From an uncultured Desulfuromonas sp. (GTDB lineage: Bacteria; Desulfobacterota; Desulfuromonadia; Desulfuromonadales; Trichloromonadaceae), in assembly GCA_937982495.1 (NCBI GenBank), contig CALJLX010000142.1:1-34735 (forward strand): a stretch of DNA of 34,735 nt. The letters are read 5' to 3'. Every line of letters begins with the position of its first letter. Position 1 is the stretch's first letter. Below the pieces are notes generated by a model. It saw only the letters and a program-made list of their open reading frames with translations. It was not told the DNA's origin and ran no database searches. Position numbers and translations under genes: made by a program. Below are positions 17,608-30,130 of this stretch, piece by piece.

Positions 17608-17860
17608 ATTCGTTAGCCGCCTTGGGACAACCCGCGCAACCGGAAGATCCGGCTCCCGGGCAGGCGGAAGCAGGGGAGGACGCCTCGGAATAGCCTTGCT
17701 GATACCACCCTCCGCCTTTGAGGGCAAAGCCCGTCTGAGAAATAAGCTTCTTCAGCGGCGCGCCACAGTTTTCACAAGTGGTCAAGGGTGCATCGGAAAA
17801 TTTTTGCCTGACCTCGATGACCCTCTCACATCCTTCGCAACGATATTCATACATGGGCAT
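17606..17860 (-). CDS. FmdB-family zinc-ribbon protein
   Basis: MPMYEYRCEGC...CENCG..LKKLIS..GF.LKGGGWY, with a Cys-rich tail. Confidence 0.9.
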   Translation of the reverse strand: MPMYEYRCEGCERVIEVRQKFSDAPLTTCENCGAPLKKLISQTGFALKGGGWYQQGYSEASSPASACPGAGSSGCAGCPKAANE

Positions 17861-17891
17861 AATATAAATCCTCCTGTAAAAATTCGGCGCT

Positions 17892-17923
17892 AATCTAATC
17901 CCTCAAGATGCCCTTGTCAAGGG
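17892..17923 (-). promoter_or_regulatory. sigma70 promoter with a palindrome over the -35
   Basis: Minus strand TTGACA-N17-TAGATT; CCCTTG-T-CAAGGG inverted repeat at 17911-17923. Confidence 0.6.
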
Positions 17924-17965
17924 TGGCAGGAACCGATTCCGGCAAGACATCCCCGTCCATTCCCC

Positions 17966-18000
17966 ACAAAAGACAAGGCCCGGGAAAACCCAGGCCTTGT
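17966..18000 (-). terminator. gdhA terminator
   Basis: Minus strand ACAAGGCCTGGG-TTTT-CCCGGGCCTTGT-CTTTT. Confidence 0.7.
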
Positions 18001-18024
18001 ACCATTCATGATATTGAGGAAAAA

Positions 18025-19464
<1,440 letters not shown>

Positions 19465-19681
19465 TTATTATCACAAAGCATGCCAAATAAAGAAGTCCCC
19501 GAAAAGTTGACACAAAATACTGTAATCGTTGGATTTTTTAAGAAAAAGAAGGCAACCCTCAGGCAGATCGAACAATGATGGAATATTCCAGAGTACAATT
19601 ACAACACGAAATCGATACTCTTCCAATGCTCACGGAAAATCAACGGGCCGACAGCTGTCCCGACGTCTACCCCAGCAAACC

Positions 19682-19711
19682 AAAAAAAACAGGGAGCCGC
19701 AGCTCCCTGTT
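19682..19711 (-). terminator. terminator of the alpha operon
   Basis: Minus strand AACAGGGAGC-TGCG-GCTCCCTG-TTTTTTTT. Confidence 0.85.
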
Positions 19712-19755
19712 CATGAAATGGTCTTATGTTATCGGCACTACGAATCTAATTATTA

Positions 19756-20130
19756 CTAAGGCGCAACGGCGCCCCCCTCTTCAACCAGTTCGATAATGGA
19801 CTGTGAAGCATTATCACCCAGGCGGTTGGCCAGTTTGATAATCCGAGTGTAACCGCCGGGACGATCCTGATAACGGGGAGCAAGACGATCAAAAAGCTTG
19901 GCCACAACCTTACGGTCACGGACCACCTGCAGAGCCTGGCGCCGGGCATGAACATCGCCACGCTTTCCAAGAGTAATCATTTTTTCAGCAACTTTACGCA
20001 ACTCCTTGGCGCGGCAGTCGGTCGTGGTGATCTTCTCATGCTCCAGCAAGGAGGTCACCAGATTCCGCATCATCGCCAACCGGTGGCTGGAGTTCCGCCC
20101 AAGCTTTCTTCCACTGTTATTGTGACGCAT
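19756..20130 (-). CDS. rplQ: 50S ribosomal protein L17
   Basis: MRH...[10 protein letters not shown] and [11 protein letters not shown]. Confidence 0.98.
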   Translation of the reverse strand: MRHNNSGRKLGRNSSHRLAMMRNLVTSLLEHEKITTTDCRAKELRKVAEKMITLGKRGDVHARRQALQVVRDRKVVAKLFDRLAPRYQDRPGGYTRIIKLANRLGDNASQSIIELVEEGGAVAP

Positions 20131-20168
20131 GGTTCCGTGGTCCTTTCTTCGTTATCCTTCACGAGGAA

Positions 20169-21185
20169 TCAATCTTCCTCGTTTCCCTTTTGTATCATCT
20201 TGAGATATTCGGGATCAGGGAAGTTTTCCAGCTTCATCCCGAGAGTCAGGCCCATCTCGGAGAGGATATCCTTGATTTCGTTCAGAGACTTACGGCCGAA
20301 ATTCTGAGTCTTAAGCATTTCCGCCTCCGAACGCTGCACCAAATCTCCGATCAGGCGGATATTTGCATTCTTCAGGCAATTGGCACTACGAACGGAAAGC
20401 TCCAACTCATCCACACTACGGTAGAGGTTCTCATTGATCTTTCCCGAAGACTCGCTGACTTCCTCTTCAACAGGCTCGACCTCTTCATCGAAATTGATGA
20501 AGATCTGAAGCTGTTCCTTGATGATTTTCGCGGCAAAAGAAAGGGCGTCATCCGCACGGACACTGCCATCGGTAAAAACTTCAAGCGTCAATTTGTCGTA
20601 GTCTGTGATCTGCCCGACACGAGCGTTGGTGACCGTAAAGTTAACTTTCTTGATGGGTGAAAAAATCGCGTCGATGGGGATCGTCCCGACCGGTGCCCGC
20701 TCATCTCGATTACGGTCGGCAGGCACATATCCCTTGCCCAAGGAAACAACCATCTCCATCTCGACATCCGCTTCCTGAGAACAGGTGGCGATATGATGTT
20801 CGGGATTTAGAATCTCGACATGACTATCCGTAATTATGTCACCGGCGGTAATCACCCCGGCTCCCTTTTTTACGATACGGACATTTCGGCTTTCGTTACC
20901 ATGCAGGCGCAGCAACACGCCTTTAAGGTTGAGAATAATATCGGTAACGTCCTCGGTGACACCGGGAACGGTTGAAAACTCGTGAAGAACCCCCTTAATG
21001 CGCACAGAGACAATAGCGGCCCCCTGCAACGAAGAGAGCAGCACACGGCGCAAAGAGTTGCCCAAAGTTGTTCCAAAGCCGCGCTCAAAAGGTTCGGCAT
21101 AGAATTTTCCATAGGTATCGGTCAGTGTATCCGATTCAATCTGGAGACGCTTGGGCTTGATGAGGTCTCTCCAGTTTTTATACAT
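20169..21185 (-). CDS. rpoA: RNA polymerase subunit alpha
   Basis: [33 protein letters not shown] and [10 protein letters not shown]. Confidence 0.99.
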   Translation of the reverse strand: MYKNWRDLIKPKRLQIESDTLTDTYGKFYAEPFERGFGTTLGNSLRRVLLSSLQGAAIVSVRIKGVLHEFSTVPGVTEDVTDIILNLKGVLLRLHGNESRNVRIVKKGAGVITAGDIITDSHVEILNPEHHIATCSQEADVEMEMVVSLGKGYVPADRNRDERAPVGTIPIDAIFSPIKKVNFTVTNARVGQITDYDKLTLEVFTDGSVRADDALSFAAKIIKEQLQIFINFDEEVEPVEEEVSESSGKINENLYRSVDELELSVRSANCLKNANIRLIGDLVQRSEAEMLKTQNFGRKSLNEIKDILSEMGLTLGMKLENFPDPEYLKMIQKGNEED

Positions 21186-21227
21186 TCGTATCCTCCCTAA
21201 TGAGGTTACAGTTAAAGCCCAACCGGA

Positions 21228-21857
21228 CTACTTGGAGTACAATTCGACGATGAGATGTTCCTGGAATGCAGGAGTCGTCATCTCTTCACGAACAGGCAGG
21301 GTTTTAACGATCCCCTTGAAGGCCGCGCGATCCAGCTCGACCCAGGAAGGAAGACCACGACGCATGACACCATCAAGAGCTTCGTTGATACGTGCTACCT
21401 GACGGCTCTTTTCACGCAGCTCAACGACATCACCGGGGCGAACCAAGTACGAAGGGATATCAACTCGCCGGCCATTGACAAGAAAATGGCCCTGACGAAC
21501 AAGAGAGCGACCTTCATTACGGGAAGAAACGAAGCCCATGCGGTAAACCATGCTGTCAATGCGACGTTCCAGCAAAACCAGCAGATTCTCGCCGGTGACA
21601 CCTTTCATGCGATCCGCTTTGTCGAAATAGGAACGGAACTGCTTCTCCAAAAGGCCATAGGTACGTTTGACCCGTTGCTTTTCGCGCAGCTGAGTCCCGT
21701 AATCCGACACTTTAATGCGTCCCTGACCATGCTGACCGGGCGCATAATTACGACGCTCAACGGCACATTTATCGGTATGACACCTGTCCCCTTTCAGGAA
21801 CAATTTCGTATTTTCCCTTCTGCACATGCGACAGACGGGGCCGGTATATCTAGCCAA
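21228..21857 (-). CDS. rpsD: 30S ribosomal protein S4
   Basis: [20 protein letters not shown] and QLREKQ; TTG start. Confidence 0.99.
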   Translation of the reverse strand: MARYTGPVCRMCRRENTKLFLKGDRCHTDKCAVERRNYAPGQHGQGRIKVSDYGTQLREKQRVKRTYGLLEKQFRSYFDKADRMKGVTGENLLVLLERRIDSMVYRMGFVSSRNEGRSLVRQGHFLVNGRRVDIPSYLVRPGDVVELREKSRQVARINEALDGVMRRGLPSWVELDRAAFKGIVKTLPVREEMTTPAFQEHLIVELYSK

Positions 21858-21878
21858 CGTTCGACCTCCTTGTAAGGT

Positions 21879-22274
21879 TTAGACTCTTCTGCGCTTGGGA
21901 GGACGGCACCCATTATGCGGAATTGGGGTGACATCCTTAATCAGAGTAATGTTGAGGCCCGCCGCTTGCAGGGCACGCAATGCCGACTCGCGACCGGAAC
22001 CCGGCCCCTTGACATTGACAACGACACTGCGAAGACCATGCTCCTGGGCTTTTTTTGCAGCGTCCTCAGCCGCAACCTGGGCCGCGAAGGGGGTGCTCTT
22101 CCGGGAACCCTTGAAACCGCGACCACCGGCAGTAGACCAGGAAATCACATTACCGCTGATATCCGTGATGGTCACGATGGTATTGTTGAAAGTCGCCTGG
22201 ATGTGGGCCACCCCATTGGCGATATTCTTTTTTTCAACTTTTTTTCTGACTACTTTCTTACCGGGCTTAGCCAT
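21879..22274 (-). CDS. rpsK: 30S ribosomal protein S11
   Basis: [18 protein letters not shown] and [13 protein letters not shown]. Confidence 0.99.
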   Translation of the reverse strand: MAKPGKKVVRKKVEKKNIANGVAHIQATFNNTIVTITDISGNVISWSTAGGRGFKGSRKSTPFAAQVAAEDAAKKAQEHGLRSVVVNVKGPGSGRESALRALQAAGLNITLIKDVTPIPHNGCRPPKRRRV

Positions 22275-22285
22275 GGTTCCTCCAG

Positions 22286-22654
22286 TTATTTCTTCTTACC
22301 GGCGACAGTCTTGCGGGGCCCCTTGCGGGTGCGGGCATTCGTCTTGGTCTTCTGCCCACGCACGGGGAGGCCACGACGATGACGCAGTCCGCGATAACAA
22401 CCCAGGTCCATGAGACGTTTGATATTCATCGAAACCTCTCGCCGCAAATCGCCCTCAACCTTACTTTCCCGGTCGATGACTTCGCGAATTTTCGCCACTT
22501 CAGCTTCGGTGAGATCATCAGTCCGGGTGTTCAGACCAACACCGGCCTTGCTCAGGATCTCCTGGGAAGAGGAGCGGCCGATGCCGTAGATGTAGGTGAG
22601 AGCCACCTCAATCCGTTTATTTCTCGGTAAGTCGATACCAGCAATACGTGCCAA
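22286..22654 (-). CDS. rpsM: 30S ribosomal protein S13
   Basis: [10 protein letters not shown] and [15 protein letters not shown]; TTG start. Confidence 0.99.
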   Translation of the reverse strand: MARIAGIDLPRNKRIEVALTYIYGIGRSSSQEILSKAGVGLNTRTDDLTEAEVAKIREVIDRESKVEGDLRREVSMNIKRLMDLGCYRGLRHRRGLPVRGQKTKTNARTRKGPRKTVAGKKK

Positions 22655-22675
22655 TTTCCATTCCTCCTAATCCAG

Positions 22676-22789
22676 TTATCCCTGCCTCTGCTTGTGCTTG
22701 GGGTTTTCACAAATAATCCGGACAATCCCCTTGCGCTTAATCACCTTACACTTGTCGCAGATTGTCTTCACCGAAGCGCGGACTTTCAT
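22676..22789 (-). CDS. rpmJ: 50S ribosomal protein L36 (Zn-binding form; absent from the ORF track)
   Basis: Translated by hand: [37 protein letters not shown]. Confidence 0.98.
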   Translation of the reverse strand: MKVRASVKTICDKCKVIKRKGIVRIICENPKHKQRQG

Positions 22790-22874
22790 TGTTTCTTCCT
22801 TTACTCATCAAGTTGGTCGCCCGAAGCGACTTAGCGAATGTTATCCAATCACAACGTTCAACCATAAATTATGT

Positions 22875-23621
22875 CTATAAAGCAGTCAAAATCTCAGGCC
22901 CATGACTGGTAACGGCTATCGTGTGCTCAAAATGAGCCGACAGCCGACCATCCGCCGTCACCGCCGTCCAGCCATCCGAGAGAATGCGAACATCCGGCGT
23001 CCCCGCGTTGATCATCGGTTCAATCGCCAGGGTCATCCCTTCTCGCAACCGCGGCCCCTGACCGGGAGCACCAAAATTAGGAATTTGTGGCAACTCATGC
23101 AATTGCCGACCAATACCATGCCCGACAAACTCACGGACAACGCTAAAACCCTCTATTTCGACACAAGCCTGGACTGCATGCGAGATATCGGAAAGACGAT
23201 TGCCGACTGTCGCCTCAGCGACTCCCAGCATAAGGGAGCGCTGTGTTATCTCCAGCAACTTTTCCGCTTCAGCCGTTATCCGTCCAACAGGAACCGTAAT
23301 CGCCGAGTCCCCATAAAACCCTGACTTCACAACGCCAAAATCAATACTCAAAATGTCCCCATCACGCAGTGGCTCGGAATCGGCAAAACCGTGAACCACT
23401 TTTTCGTTGGGAGAGGAGCAGATTGTGAAGGGAAAACCACCGTACCCTTTGAACGCCGGACGAACCCGGCGGCGTTTACACTCGGCTTCGGCAAATTCGT
23501 CAAGTTCTCGAGTCGTTACTCCAGGCTTAATTCGCTCACGAAGCAGCTGCAGAATTTCCGCGACAATCCGTCCCGCGTCACGCATCAGAATCAGCTCGGC
23601 GCGAGACTTGAGAACGATCAT
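22875..23621 (-). CDS. map: methionine aminopeptidase type I
   Basis: SIDFG, GDSA, GHGIG...HE, AIEPM and AHFEHT. Confidence 0.97.
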   Translation of the reverse strand: MIVLKSRAELILMRDAGRIVAEILQLLRERIKPGVTTRELDEFAEAECKRRRVRPAFKGYGGFPFTICSSPNEKVVHGFADSEPLRDGDILSIDFGVVKSGFYGDSAITVPVGRITAEAEKLLEITQRSLMLGVAEATVGNRLSDISHAVQACVEIEGFSVVREFVGHGIGRQLHELPQIPNFGAPGQGPRLREGMTLAIEPMINAGTPDVRILSDGWTAVTADGRLSAHFEHTIAVTSHGPEILTAL

Positions 23622-23629
23622 CTTCCTGA

Positions 23630-24277
23630 CTACTCCTTGCGCAGGATAGCGAGCACCTCGTCCTGCACGGCATCCATGGAGAGCATCCCATCGACCTCGG
23701 AGAGCAGTCCGGACTTACGATAATAATTAATCAACGGCGAAGTTTGCTCATTATAAACCTCAAGACGACGACGAATCGTTTCCTCTCGGTCATCCTCCCG
23801 CTGCAGCAACTCCCCACCGCACGCATCGCAGACCCCCGACGCCATGGGCGCGGCAAAGGTAACGTGATAGCCCCGGCCACAATCACGACAAGTGCGACGA
23901 CCAGTCAATCGCTCAACCAGCGCCTCGACATCGACAGCCAAGGAAATCACCGCATCAAGGGGGCGACCGAGAGCGGTCAATGCCTCGGCAAGCGCATCAG
24001 CCTGGGCCACGGTCCGAGGAAAACCATCGAGAATAAAACCTGCCCTACAGTCTTCTTGCTGAAGACGCTCACGCACAATACCGACGACAACCTCGTCGGG
24101 AACAAGCCCGCCGGCAGCCATGAAGGACTTGGCCCTTAGACCCATCGGCGTTCCGTCCTTGACCGCGGCTCGAAGAATGTCCCCGGTGGAAATCTGCGGA
24201 ATTGCATAGCGATCCATAAGCATTTTGGCCTGCGTACCCTTGCCTGCGCCGGGAGGGCCGAGCAAAATAAGCTTCAT
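23630..24277 (-). CDS. adk: adenylate kinase (Zn-LID type)
   Basis: GPPGAGKGTQA, LDGFPRT and CRDC...CDAC LID. Confidence 0.98.
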   Translation of the reverse strand: MKLILLGPPGAGKGTQAKMLMDRYAIPQISTGDILRAAVKDGTPMGLRAKSFMAAGGLVPDEVVVGIVRERLQQEDCRAGFILDGFPRTVAQADALAEALTALGRPLDAVISLAVDVEALVERLTGRRTCRDCGRGYHVTFAAPMASGVCDACGGELLQREDDREETIRRRLEVYNEQTSPLINYYRKSGLLSEVDGMLSMDAVQDEVLAILRKE

Positions 24278-24287
24278 TTCGATTTCC

Positions 24288-25598
24288 CTAACCATGACGG
24301 CCCTTGAGAGTCACACCCTTCATGAAACCCTCATACGACCTGGATATCAGGTGGGCCTCAATCTGGGACGCGGTGTCCATACCAACACCAACCACAATCA
24401 AAAGTGAAGTTCCGCCAAAATAGAAAGGCAGGCCGAACTCGCCGATCAATATGGTCGGCAAAACACAAACAGCCGAAATATAAATAGAGCCGGCAAAGGT
24501 CAGGCGGCCCAGGACCACATCGATATATTCCGCCGTTGGTTTTCCGGGACGTATGCCGGGGATATAGCCCCCCTGCTTTTTCACATTTTCGGCTACGTCA
24601 ACAGGGTTGAAAGTCACAGCCGTGTAGAAGTAACAGAAGAAAATGATTAATGCAACGAAAAAAACGTTATAAAGCCAGTGGTCGGGCGTCATCATGGATG
24701 CTAGGGTCTGGACCCAGGTAACATCAACCAGATTCGCTACAGTCGCCGGAAACATGATAATGGAACTGGCGAAAATCGGCGGGATGACCCCGCTCATATT
24801 GACTTTCAGCGGCAGATGGCTGGTCTGGCCACCGTAATTGCGCATCCCCACTACCCGCTTGGCATAGTGAATCGGCAACCGACGCTGTCCGCGCTCCATA
24901 AAAACAATCGCCATGATGACGGCGATCATCAAAACAAGAACCGCAATTCCGACCAACGGTGTCAAGGCACCGGTCCGCAGCAGTCGTACCGAGTTAACAA
25001 TCGCCGCCGGCATATTGGCGACAATCCCGGCGAAAATGATCAGAGAAATGCCATTTCCGATACCGCGTTCGGTAATCTGTTCACCCAACCACATGATAAA
25101 GGCCGTACCCGCCGTCAGGGTAATGACTGTCAGCAGAATAAAACCCATACCCTGATCAGGAACAACAAATTCGCCAGCGGGACCGCGCATGGTTTGCAGA
25201 CCAATGGCGATCCCGGTACCCTGAATGATCGAGAGAAGAATTGTCCCGTAACGGGTCCAGCGAGTCAAAACCTTGCGACCCTGCTCTCCCTCATTCTTCA
25301 ACCTTTCAACCGGCTCGAAAACCACGGCCAGCAACTGCAGAATAATAGAGGCACTGATATAAGGCATGATCCCCAAGGCGAATACCGTCATGCGCTCAAG
25401 AGCACCACCGGTAAAGGCACTGACCAAACCCAGAAGAGTGCCTTCGGTCCCCTCGAAAAACTTGGCCAGAACCTGCGCGTCAACCCCAGGAGTAGGCACA
25501 TGACAACCCACCCGATAAACAGCCAGCATGCACAGGGTAAAGAGAACCCGTCTCCTGAGTTCAGGAATACTGAATATGTTCTGGATGGCTTTTATCAA
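24288..25598 (-). CDS. secY: preprotein translocase SecY
   Basis: ALGIMPYISASII, GIGNGISLII, GVIPPIFA and FGGTSLLI; probable TTG start at 25598. Confidence 0.98.
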   Translation of the reverse strand: MIKAIQNIFSIPELRRRVLFTLCMLAVYRVGCHVPTPGVDAQVLAKFFEGTEGTLLGLVSAFTGGALERMTVFALGIMPYISASIILQLLAVVFEPVERLKNEGEQGRKVLTRWTRYGTILLSIIQGTGIAIGLQTMRGPAGEFVVPDQGMGFILLTVITLTAGTAFIMWLGEQITERGIGNGISLIIFAGIVANMPAAIVNSVRLLRTGALTPLVGIAVLVLMIAVIMAIVFMERGQRRLPIHYAKRVVGMRNYGGQTSHLPLKVNMSGVIPPIFASSIIMFPATVANLVDVTWVQTLASMMTPDHWLYNVFFVALIIFFCYFYTAVTFNPVDVAENVKKQGGYIPGIRPGKPTAEYIDVVLGRLTFAGSIYISAVCVLPTILIGEFGLPFYFGGTSLLIVVGVGMDTASQIEAHLISRSYEGFMKGVTLKGRHG

Positions 25599-25599
25599 T

Positions 25600-26040
25600 T
25601 TAGAGAACCTCGACTTTACCGCCGGCCGCCTCAATTTTTTCTTGAGCCGACTTGCTGAATTTATGTGCCTGAACCGTCAAGGCCTTGGTTAACTCACCAT
25701 CCCCAAGAACTTTGATCCCATCCAAGACTTCCTTCACCAGGCCCGCCTTGCCGAAGGCGGCAAGGTCGACAACACTGCCGTCCTCGAAAACATCGAGATC
25801 CCGCAGATTGACAAGAGAGTAAACCTTCTTCGCCAGCGGGGTAAAACCGCGCTTGGGAAGACGACGCTGCAGAGGCATCTGACCACCTTCAAAACCGGCC
25901 TTAACGCTGCCGCCGCTGCGAGCCTTCTGCCCTTTATGTCCTTTACCCGCGGTCTTGCCCGTGCCCGAACCGTGGCCACGACCGATACGCTTGCGATTTT
26001 TCGTAGAACCGAATGCCGGTTGCAAATTGCTCAGATCCAT
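25600..26040 (-). CDS. rplO: 50S ribosomal protein L15
   Basis: [13 protein letters not shown] and GFEGGQMPL; alternative start 26046. Confidence 0.98.
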   Translation of the reverse strand: MDLSNLQPAFGSTKNRKRIGRGHGSGTGKTAGKGHKGQKARSGGSVKAGFEGGQMPLQRRLPKRGFTPLAKKVYSLVNLRDLDVFEDGSVVDLAAFGKAGLVKEVLDGIKVLGDGELTKALTVQAHKFSKSAQEKIEAAGGKVEVL

Positions 26041-26051
26041 ATCCATCTTCC

Positions 26052-26237
26052 TTAACGGCAGTCTTCGACTTCAACCATGTGGGCTACCTTGCGAATCATC
26101 CCGCGAATTTCCGGAGTGTCCTTTAGGCATACCGTCTTATGCAGCTTGGTTAAACCAAGTCCCTTGAGGACTCGCGTGAAATATTCATCGCGGGCGATGC
26201 CGCTTTTTTTCAGTGTCACCTTGATCTGATCGGCCAT
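26052..26237 (-). CDS. rpmD: 50S ribosomal protein L30
   Basis: IKVTLKKS...LGL...DTPEIRGMI; lies between rpsE and rplO. Confidence 0.95.
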   Translation of the reverse strand: MADQIKVTLKKSGIARDEYFTRVLKGLGLTKLHKTVCLKDTPEIRGMIRKVAHMVEVEDCR

Positions 26238-26259
26238 GAGCTTCTCCTTATCCGCCAAC

Positions 26260-26754
26260 TTATTCAGCAGACGCCTGCAGGCCGCGGCGTTCCATGATTT
26301 CCTGGGCGCTCTTGAGCTGAGCCAGGGCATTCACGGTGGCCTTGACCACATTATGCGGGTTATTGGAACCGAGACATTTGGAGAGGATATCGCCGACGCC
26401 GGCCACCTCCAAAACAGCACGGGCCGCGCCGCCGGCAATTACTCCGGTACCTTCGGAGGCCGACTTGAGGAGAACCTTCCCGGCGCCGAATTTACCCAGC
26501 ACATCAAAGGGAATGGTCCGCCCACGCAGGGGAACCTTGATAAGGCTTTTCTTGGCCTGCTCGACCCCTTTGCGGATCGCTTCAGGAACCTCCTTGGCCT
26601 TGCCCAGTCCGTAACCGACATGACCTTCCCCGTCGCCGACCACCACCAAGGCGGAGAAGCTGAAACGACGGCCACCCTTCACGACCTTCGCGCAACGGTT
26701 GATATGAATAACGCGGTCGTTCAAGTTCAGTTCATTGGGATCGATGCGATGCAA
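26260..26754 (-). CDS. rpsE: 30S ribosomal protein S5
   Basis: [19 protein letters not shown] and GTGVIAGG; TTG start. Confidence 0.99.
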   Translation of the reverse strand: MHRIDPNELNLNDRVIHINRCAKVVKGGRRFSFSALVVVGDGEGHVGYGLGKAKEVPEAIRKGVEQAKKSLIKVPLRGRTIPFDVLGKFGAGKVLLKSASEGTGVIAGGAARAVLEVAGVGDILSKCLGSNNPHNVVKATVNALAQLKSAQEIMERRGLQASAE

Positions 26755-26771
26755 AGAACTCCTCCTTTACC

Positions 26772-27140
26772 TTAGAAAGACAGGCCGGCTTCACGGGCGG
26801 CGTCGGCAAGAGCCTTCACGCGGCCATGATACAGGAAACCGTTGCGGTCAAAGACCACCTGCTTGATATTCTGCTCAAGAGCCTTCTTGGCGATGGTTTG
26901 CCCGACAGCCTTGGCGGCCTCGACATTGCCGGTATAATTTACGCCCTCGGCCACATCCTTGTTCGCTGTAGACGCCGTCGCCAGAGTGCGACCGGTCACG
27001 TCCTCGATAATTTGCACATAAATGTGCTTGGCGCTGCGGAAGACACACAGGCGAGGACGTTCCATGGTCCCACGGACCTTTTTCCTCACCCGAACCTGCC
27101 GCTTCGCACGGGCATCACGTCTTTGCTTTGCGACGTTCAC
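26772..27140 (-). CDS. rplR: 50S ribosomal protein L18
   Basis: RPRLCVFRS and [12 protein letters not shown]. Confidence 0.98.
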   Translation of the reverse strand: MNVAKQRRDARAKRQVRVRKKVRGTMERPRLCVFRSAKHIYVQIIEDVTGRTLATASTANKDVAEGVNYTGNVEAAKAVGQTIAKKALEQNIKQVVFDRNGFLYHGRVKALADAAREAGLSF

Positions 27141-27166
27141 AATCGTTCTCCTTGGCCTTGAATCAA

Positions 27167-27706
27167 TTATTTCTTACCGGTCTTGCCGGCCTTGCGCAGA
27201 ATCCGCTCTTCGGCATACTTGATCCCCTTGCCCTTATAAGGCTCCGGGGCACGGAAAGAACGGATCTTGGCGGCGGTCGCTCCGATCAGTTCTTTATCGA
27301 TTCCCTTCAGAGTGATCTTGGTCTGCTTCTCGACCTCGGCGTCTATCCCCTTGGGTAGGGGATACTCCACGGCATGCGAGTAGCCCAGGGCCAAGTTGAG
27401 AATCGCGCCCTTCATTTCGGCGCGATAACCGACGCCGTTAATCTCAAGAACACGCTCATACCCTTTGGTGACACCCTCGATCATATTAGCCACCAGGGTC
27501 CGGGTCAGGCCTTGCATGGAGCTGTCCACGCGCGCACCTTCCGGAGAACTGACCTGGATGCTATCCGCCTCGATGGAAACTCCAACCTGCGTGGGAATCC
27601 GGCGACTGAGCTGGCCCTTGGGACCTTGCACGCTGATGGTCTCCCCGGAAAGGGAAACCTTCACTCCACCCGGAATCGTAATGGGTTTTTTCCCGATTCT
27701 CGACAT
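27167..27706 (-). CDS. rplF: 50S ribosomal protein L6
   Basis: MSRIGKKPI and [11 protein letters not shown]. Confidence 0.99.
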   Translation of the reverse strand: MSRIGKKPITIPGGVKVSLSGETISVQGPKGQLSRRIPTQVGVSIEADSIQVSSPEGARVDSSMQGLTRTLVANMIEGVTKGYERVLEINGVGYRAEMKGAILNLALGYSHAVEYPLPKGIDAEVEKQTKITLKGIDKELIGATAAKIRSFRAPEPYKGKGIKYAEERILRKAGKTGKK

Positions 27707-27732
27707 CTTTTATAAACTCCTTCCCCGGATCC

Positions 27733-28131
27733 TTACCAGACGGTGCAGAGGAGCTCGCCGCCCACCTGCGCCGTGCGTGCAGCCGCATCATCCATCAGAC
27801 CCTTGGAAGTCGACAGGATGGCGCACCCGAGACCGTTTTTCACCATGGGGATCTCGTCCTTCCCCACATAGATGCGACGACCAGGAGTGGATACCCGCTT
27901 GATTTCATGAATGACGTGCTGATTATCCTCGTCAAACTTGAGGTAGATCCGCAGCACGCCCTGCTTTTCGTCGCTGATATTCTTGAAATTCTTGATATAT
28001 CCAAGATCCTTGAGCACCGAAGCCAAGGCCTCTTTGATTTTGGACGAAGGCACGTCCAACTTCGGATGCTTCGCCAGGCCCGCATTACGGATGCGGGTCA
28101 GCATGTCCGCGATAGGATCAGTCATTGCCAT
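27733..28131 (-). CDS. rpsH: 30S ribosomal protein S8
   Basis: [18 protein letters not shown] and GGELLC. Confidence 0.99.
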   Translation of the reverse strand: MAMTDPIADMLTRIRNAGLAKHPKLDVPSSKIKEALASVLKDLGYIKNFKNISDEKQGVLRIYLKFDEDNQHVIHEIKRVSTPGRRIYVGKDEIPMVKNGLGCAILSTSKGLMDDAAARTAQVGGELLCTVW

Positions 28132-28154
28132 GGATGCAGCTCCTTAATGTCTCT

Positions 28155-28340
28155 TTACCAGCTCGACTTGATGACGCCGGGAAGTTTTCCTTCCGACGCC
28201 AGCTTGCGCAGGCAAATACGGCACATGTCAAATTTGCGATAATACGCCCGCGGACGGCCGCAGAGAGGGCAGCGGTTATGCTGCCGAACTCCGAACTTGG
28301 TTGGCCGCGAAGCCTTTATCATCATCGATTTTTTTGCCAC
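28155..28340 (-). CDS. rpsZ: 30S ribosomal protein S14, type Z (61 aa)
   Basis: RCPLCGR...CRICLR and PGVIKSSW; GTG start at 28340. Confidence 0.97.
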   Translation of the reverse strand: MAKKSMMIKASRPTKFGVRQHNRCPLCGRPRAYYRKFDMCRICLRKLASEGKLPGVIKSSW

Positions 28341-28365
28341 TAGCTCCTCCGCTCTCCGTCTGACT

Positions 28366-28905
28366 TTATTTCCTGAAAGGCATGCCCATGGCCGCCAGGA
28401 GGGCGCGTCCCTCTTCATCGGTCCGGGCCGTGGTGACAATGGTCACATTCATCCCCTTGACTTTGTCGATTTTATCGAAATCGATCTCAGGGAAGATAAT
28501 TTCCTCGCGAATACCGAGAGTATAGTTGCCGCGCCCGTCGAACCCCTTGGGAGAAACCCCCTTGAAGTCACGAACCCGGGGAAGGGCAATATTGATCAGA
28601 CGATCGAGAAACTCGTAGGCCTGAGCGCGACGCAGGGTCACGCGACAACCAATCGGCATGCCTTCACGCAGCTTGTAGGTCGCGATCGACTTTTTCGCTT
28701 TAGTTATAACCGCCTTCTGCCCGGTGATCTTGGTCAATTCCTCAACCGCCGCCTCCAGGATCTTGATGTTCTGAATGGCCTCCCCGAGACCCATGTTTAC
28801 GACAACTTTCTCGACCCGGGGGACTTCCATCACATTGTCGAGCTGCAAGTCCTTTTTCAGCTGAGGGACCAGCTCGACCTGGTATTTTTCTTTCAGTCTT
28901 GCCAT
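28366..28905 (-). CDS. rplE: 50S ribosomal protein L5
   Basis: LPRVRDFKG and [10 protein letters not shown]. Confidence 0.99.
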   Translation of the reverse strand: MARLKEKYQVELVPQLKKDLQLDNVMEVPRVEKVVVNMGLGEAIQNIKILEAAVEELTKITGQKAVITKAKKSIATYKLREGMPIGCRVTLRRAQAYEFLDRLINIALPRVRDFKGVSPKGFDGRGNYTLGIREEIIFPEIDFDKIDKVKGMNVTIVTTARTDEEGRALLAAMGMPFRK

Positions 28906-28917
28906 GGAAATCCTCCG

Positions 28918-29247
28918 TTACTTATCCACGATCTCGTTGCACTTCTTGCAGAAACGCACCTTACGCCCATCTTCCAGAACACGGATGCCGGTACGGGCCG
29001 CCTTGCCGCAAGCTACGCAGAGCAGCAACACATTGGAAGCGTCCAGGGGCGCTTCCTTCTCGACAATTCCACCATCCTGGTTGGCCCGGGAAGGGCGGGT
29101 GTGACGCTTGACTACGTTTAAGCCTTCTACCGTAAGCCGGCCCTTCTCCGGAAAAACCCGGGCGACCTTGCCCGACTTGCCCTTCTCTTTGCCAGCAATG
29201 ATCATCACCATGTCGTTTTTTTTGACATGAAGGTTTTTAGCCGCCAT
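28918..29247 (-). CDS. rplX: 50S ribosomal protein L24
   Basis: KOW motif IAGKEKGKSG and KEAPLDASNV. Confidence 0.98.
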   Translation of the reverse strand: MAAKNLHVKKNDMVMIIAGKEKGKSGKVARVFPEKGRLTVEGLNVVKRHTRPSRANQDGGIVEKEAPLDASNVLLLCVACGKAARTGIRVLEDGRKVRFCKKCNEIVDK

Positions 29248-29273
29248 CTTCGTATATCTCCCAATGATCTTTT

Positions 29274-29642
29274 TTAAAGGACTTCAGGCGCCAGAGATAC
29301 AATTTTCATAAAGCGCTTGGCGCGGAGTTCACGGGCGACGGGTCCAAAGATTCGGGTTCCGATGGGCTCCCCCCCGGCATTGACCACCACGGCGGAATTC
29401 TTATCAAAGCGGATGAACGAGCCATCCGGGCGGGGAACCTCCTTAGCCGTTCTGACAATAACGGCACGCACCACATCGCCTTTCTTGACCCGCGAATTGG
29501 GCAAGGCCTCTTTGACGGAGCAGATAATAATATCTCCAAGACCGGCGTATTTGCGTTTGGAGCCGCCGAGCACCTTGATGCAGCAGAGCTTCCGGGCGCC
29601 GGAATTGTCCGCGACATCAAGCATGGTCTGCATCTGGATCAT
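29274..29642 (-). CDS. rplN: 50S ribosomal protein L14
   Basis: VADNSGA and [12 protein letters not shown]. Confidence 0.99.
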   Translation of the reverse strand: MIQMQTMLDVADNSGARKLCCIKVLGGSKRKYAGLGDIIICSVKEALPNSRVKKGDVVRAVIVRTAKEVPRPDGSFIRFDKNSAVVVNAGGEPIGTRIFGPVARELRAKRFMKIVSLAPEVL

Positions 29643-29654
29643 GGCTTGTATCTC

Positions 29655-29921
29655 CTAAACGGTTACGTGTTTTTCGAGGATTTCGCGGACTCTCCACCGC
29701 TTGTCACGGGACAGCGGCCTGGTCTCCACGATAAGCACCTTGTCGCCGACGGCGCAGTCGTTGCGCTCGTCGTGGGCTTTGCAGGTAACCTTGCGCTTGA
29801 TGTATTTTTTGTAAATGGGATGCTTTACCAGCTGGTCAACCTTGACTACGACGGTCTTATCCATCTTGTCGCTGACCACGATCCCAACCCGGGTCTTTCT
29901 GTTTCCACGTTCAGTCGTCAT
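29655..29921 (-). CDS. rpsQ: 30S ribosomal protein S17
   Basis: [16 protein letters not shown] and ETRPLS. Confidence 0.98.
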   Translation of the reverse strand: MTTERGNRKTRVGIVVSDKMDKTVVVKVDQLVKHPIYKKYIKRKVTCKAHDERNDCAVGDKVLIVETRPLSRDKRWRVREILEKHVTV

Positions 29922-29941
29922 ATCCGTCCTCGTACTCCCCA

Positions 29942-30130
29942 CTATCCCTGTTTCTGCCGCAGCACGGTGTTAACCCGGGCAATATCCTTCTTGATCTGAG
30001 GAATCCGCGCGGTATTTTCCAGATGTCCGGTATGCAACTGAAACCGCAGATTGAACAGTTCCTGGCTGAGTTCTTCAGATTTCTTCCGTAATTCCTCGAT
30101 GTTGAGGGCCACCATTTCACTAGCTTTCAT
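29942..30130 (-). CDS. rpmC: 50S ribosomal protein L29
   Basis: ELFNLRFQ and KKDIARVNT. Confidence 0.97.
   Translation of the reverse strand: MKASEMVALNIEELRKKSEELSQELFNLRFQLHTGHLENTARIPQIKKDIARVNTVLRQKQG

Noticed and set aside
22790-22874. infA missing between map and rpmJ; small GTCGC/GCGAC hairpin
   Set aside because: infA relocation is common across bacteria, and the hairpin is too short to call.
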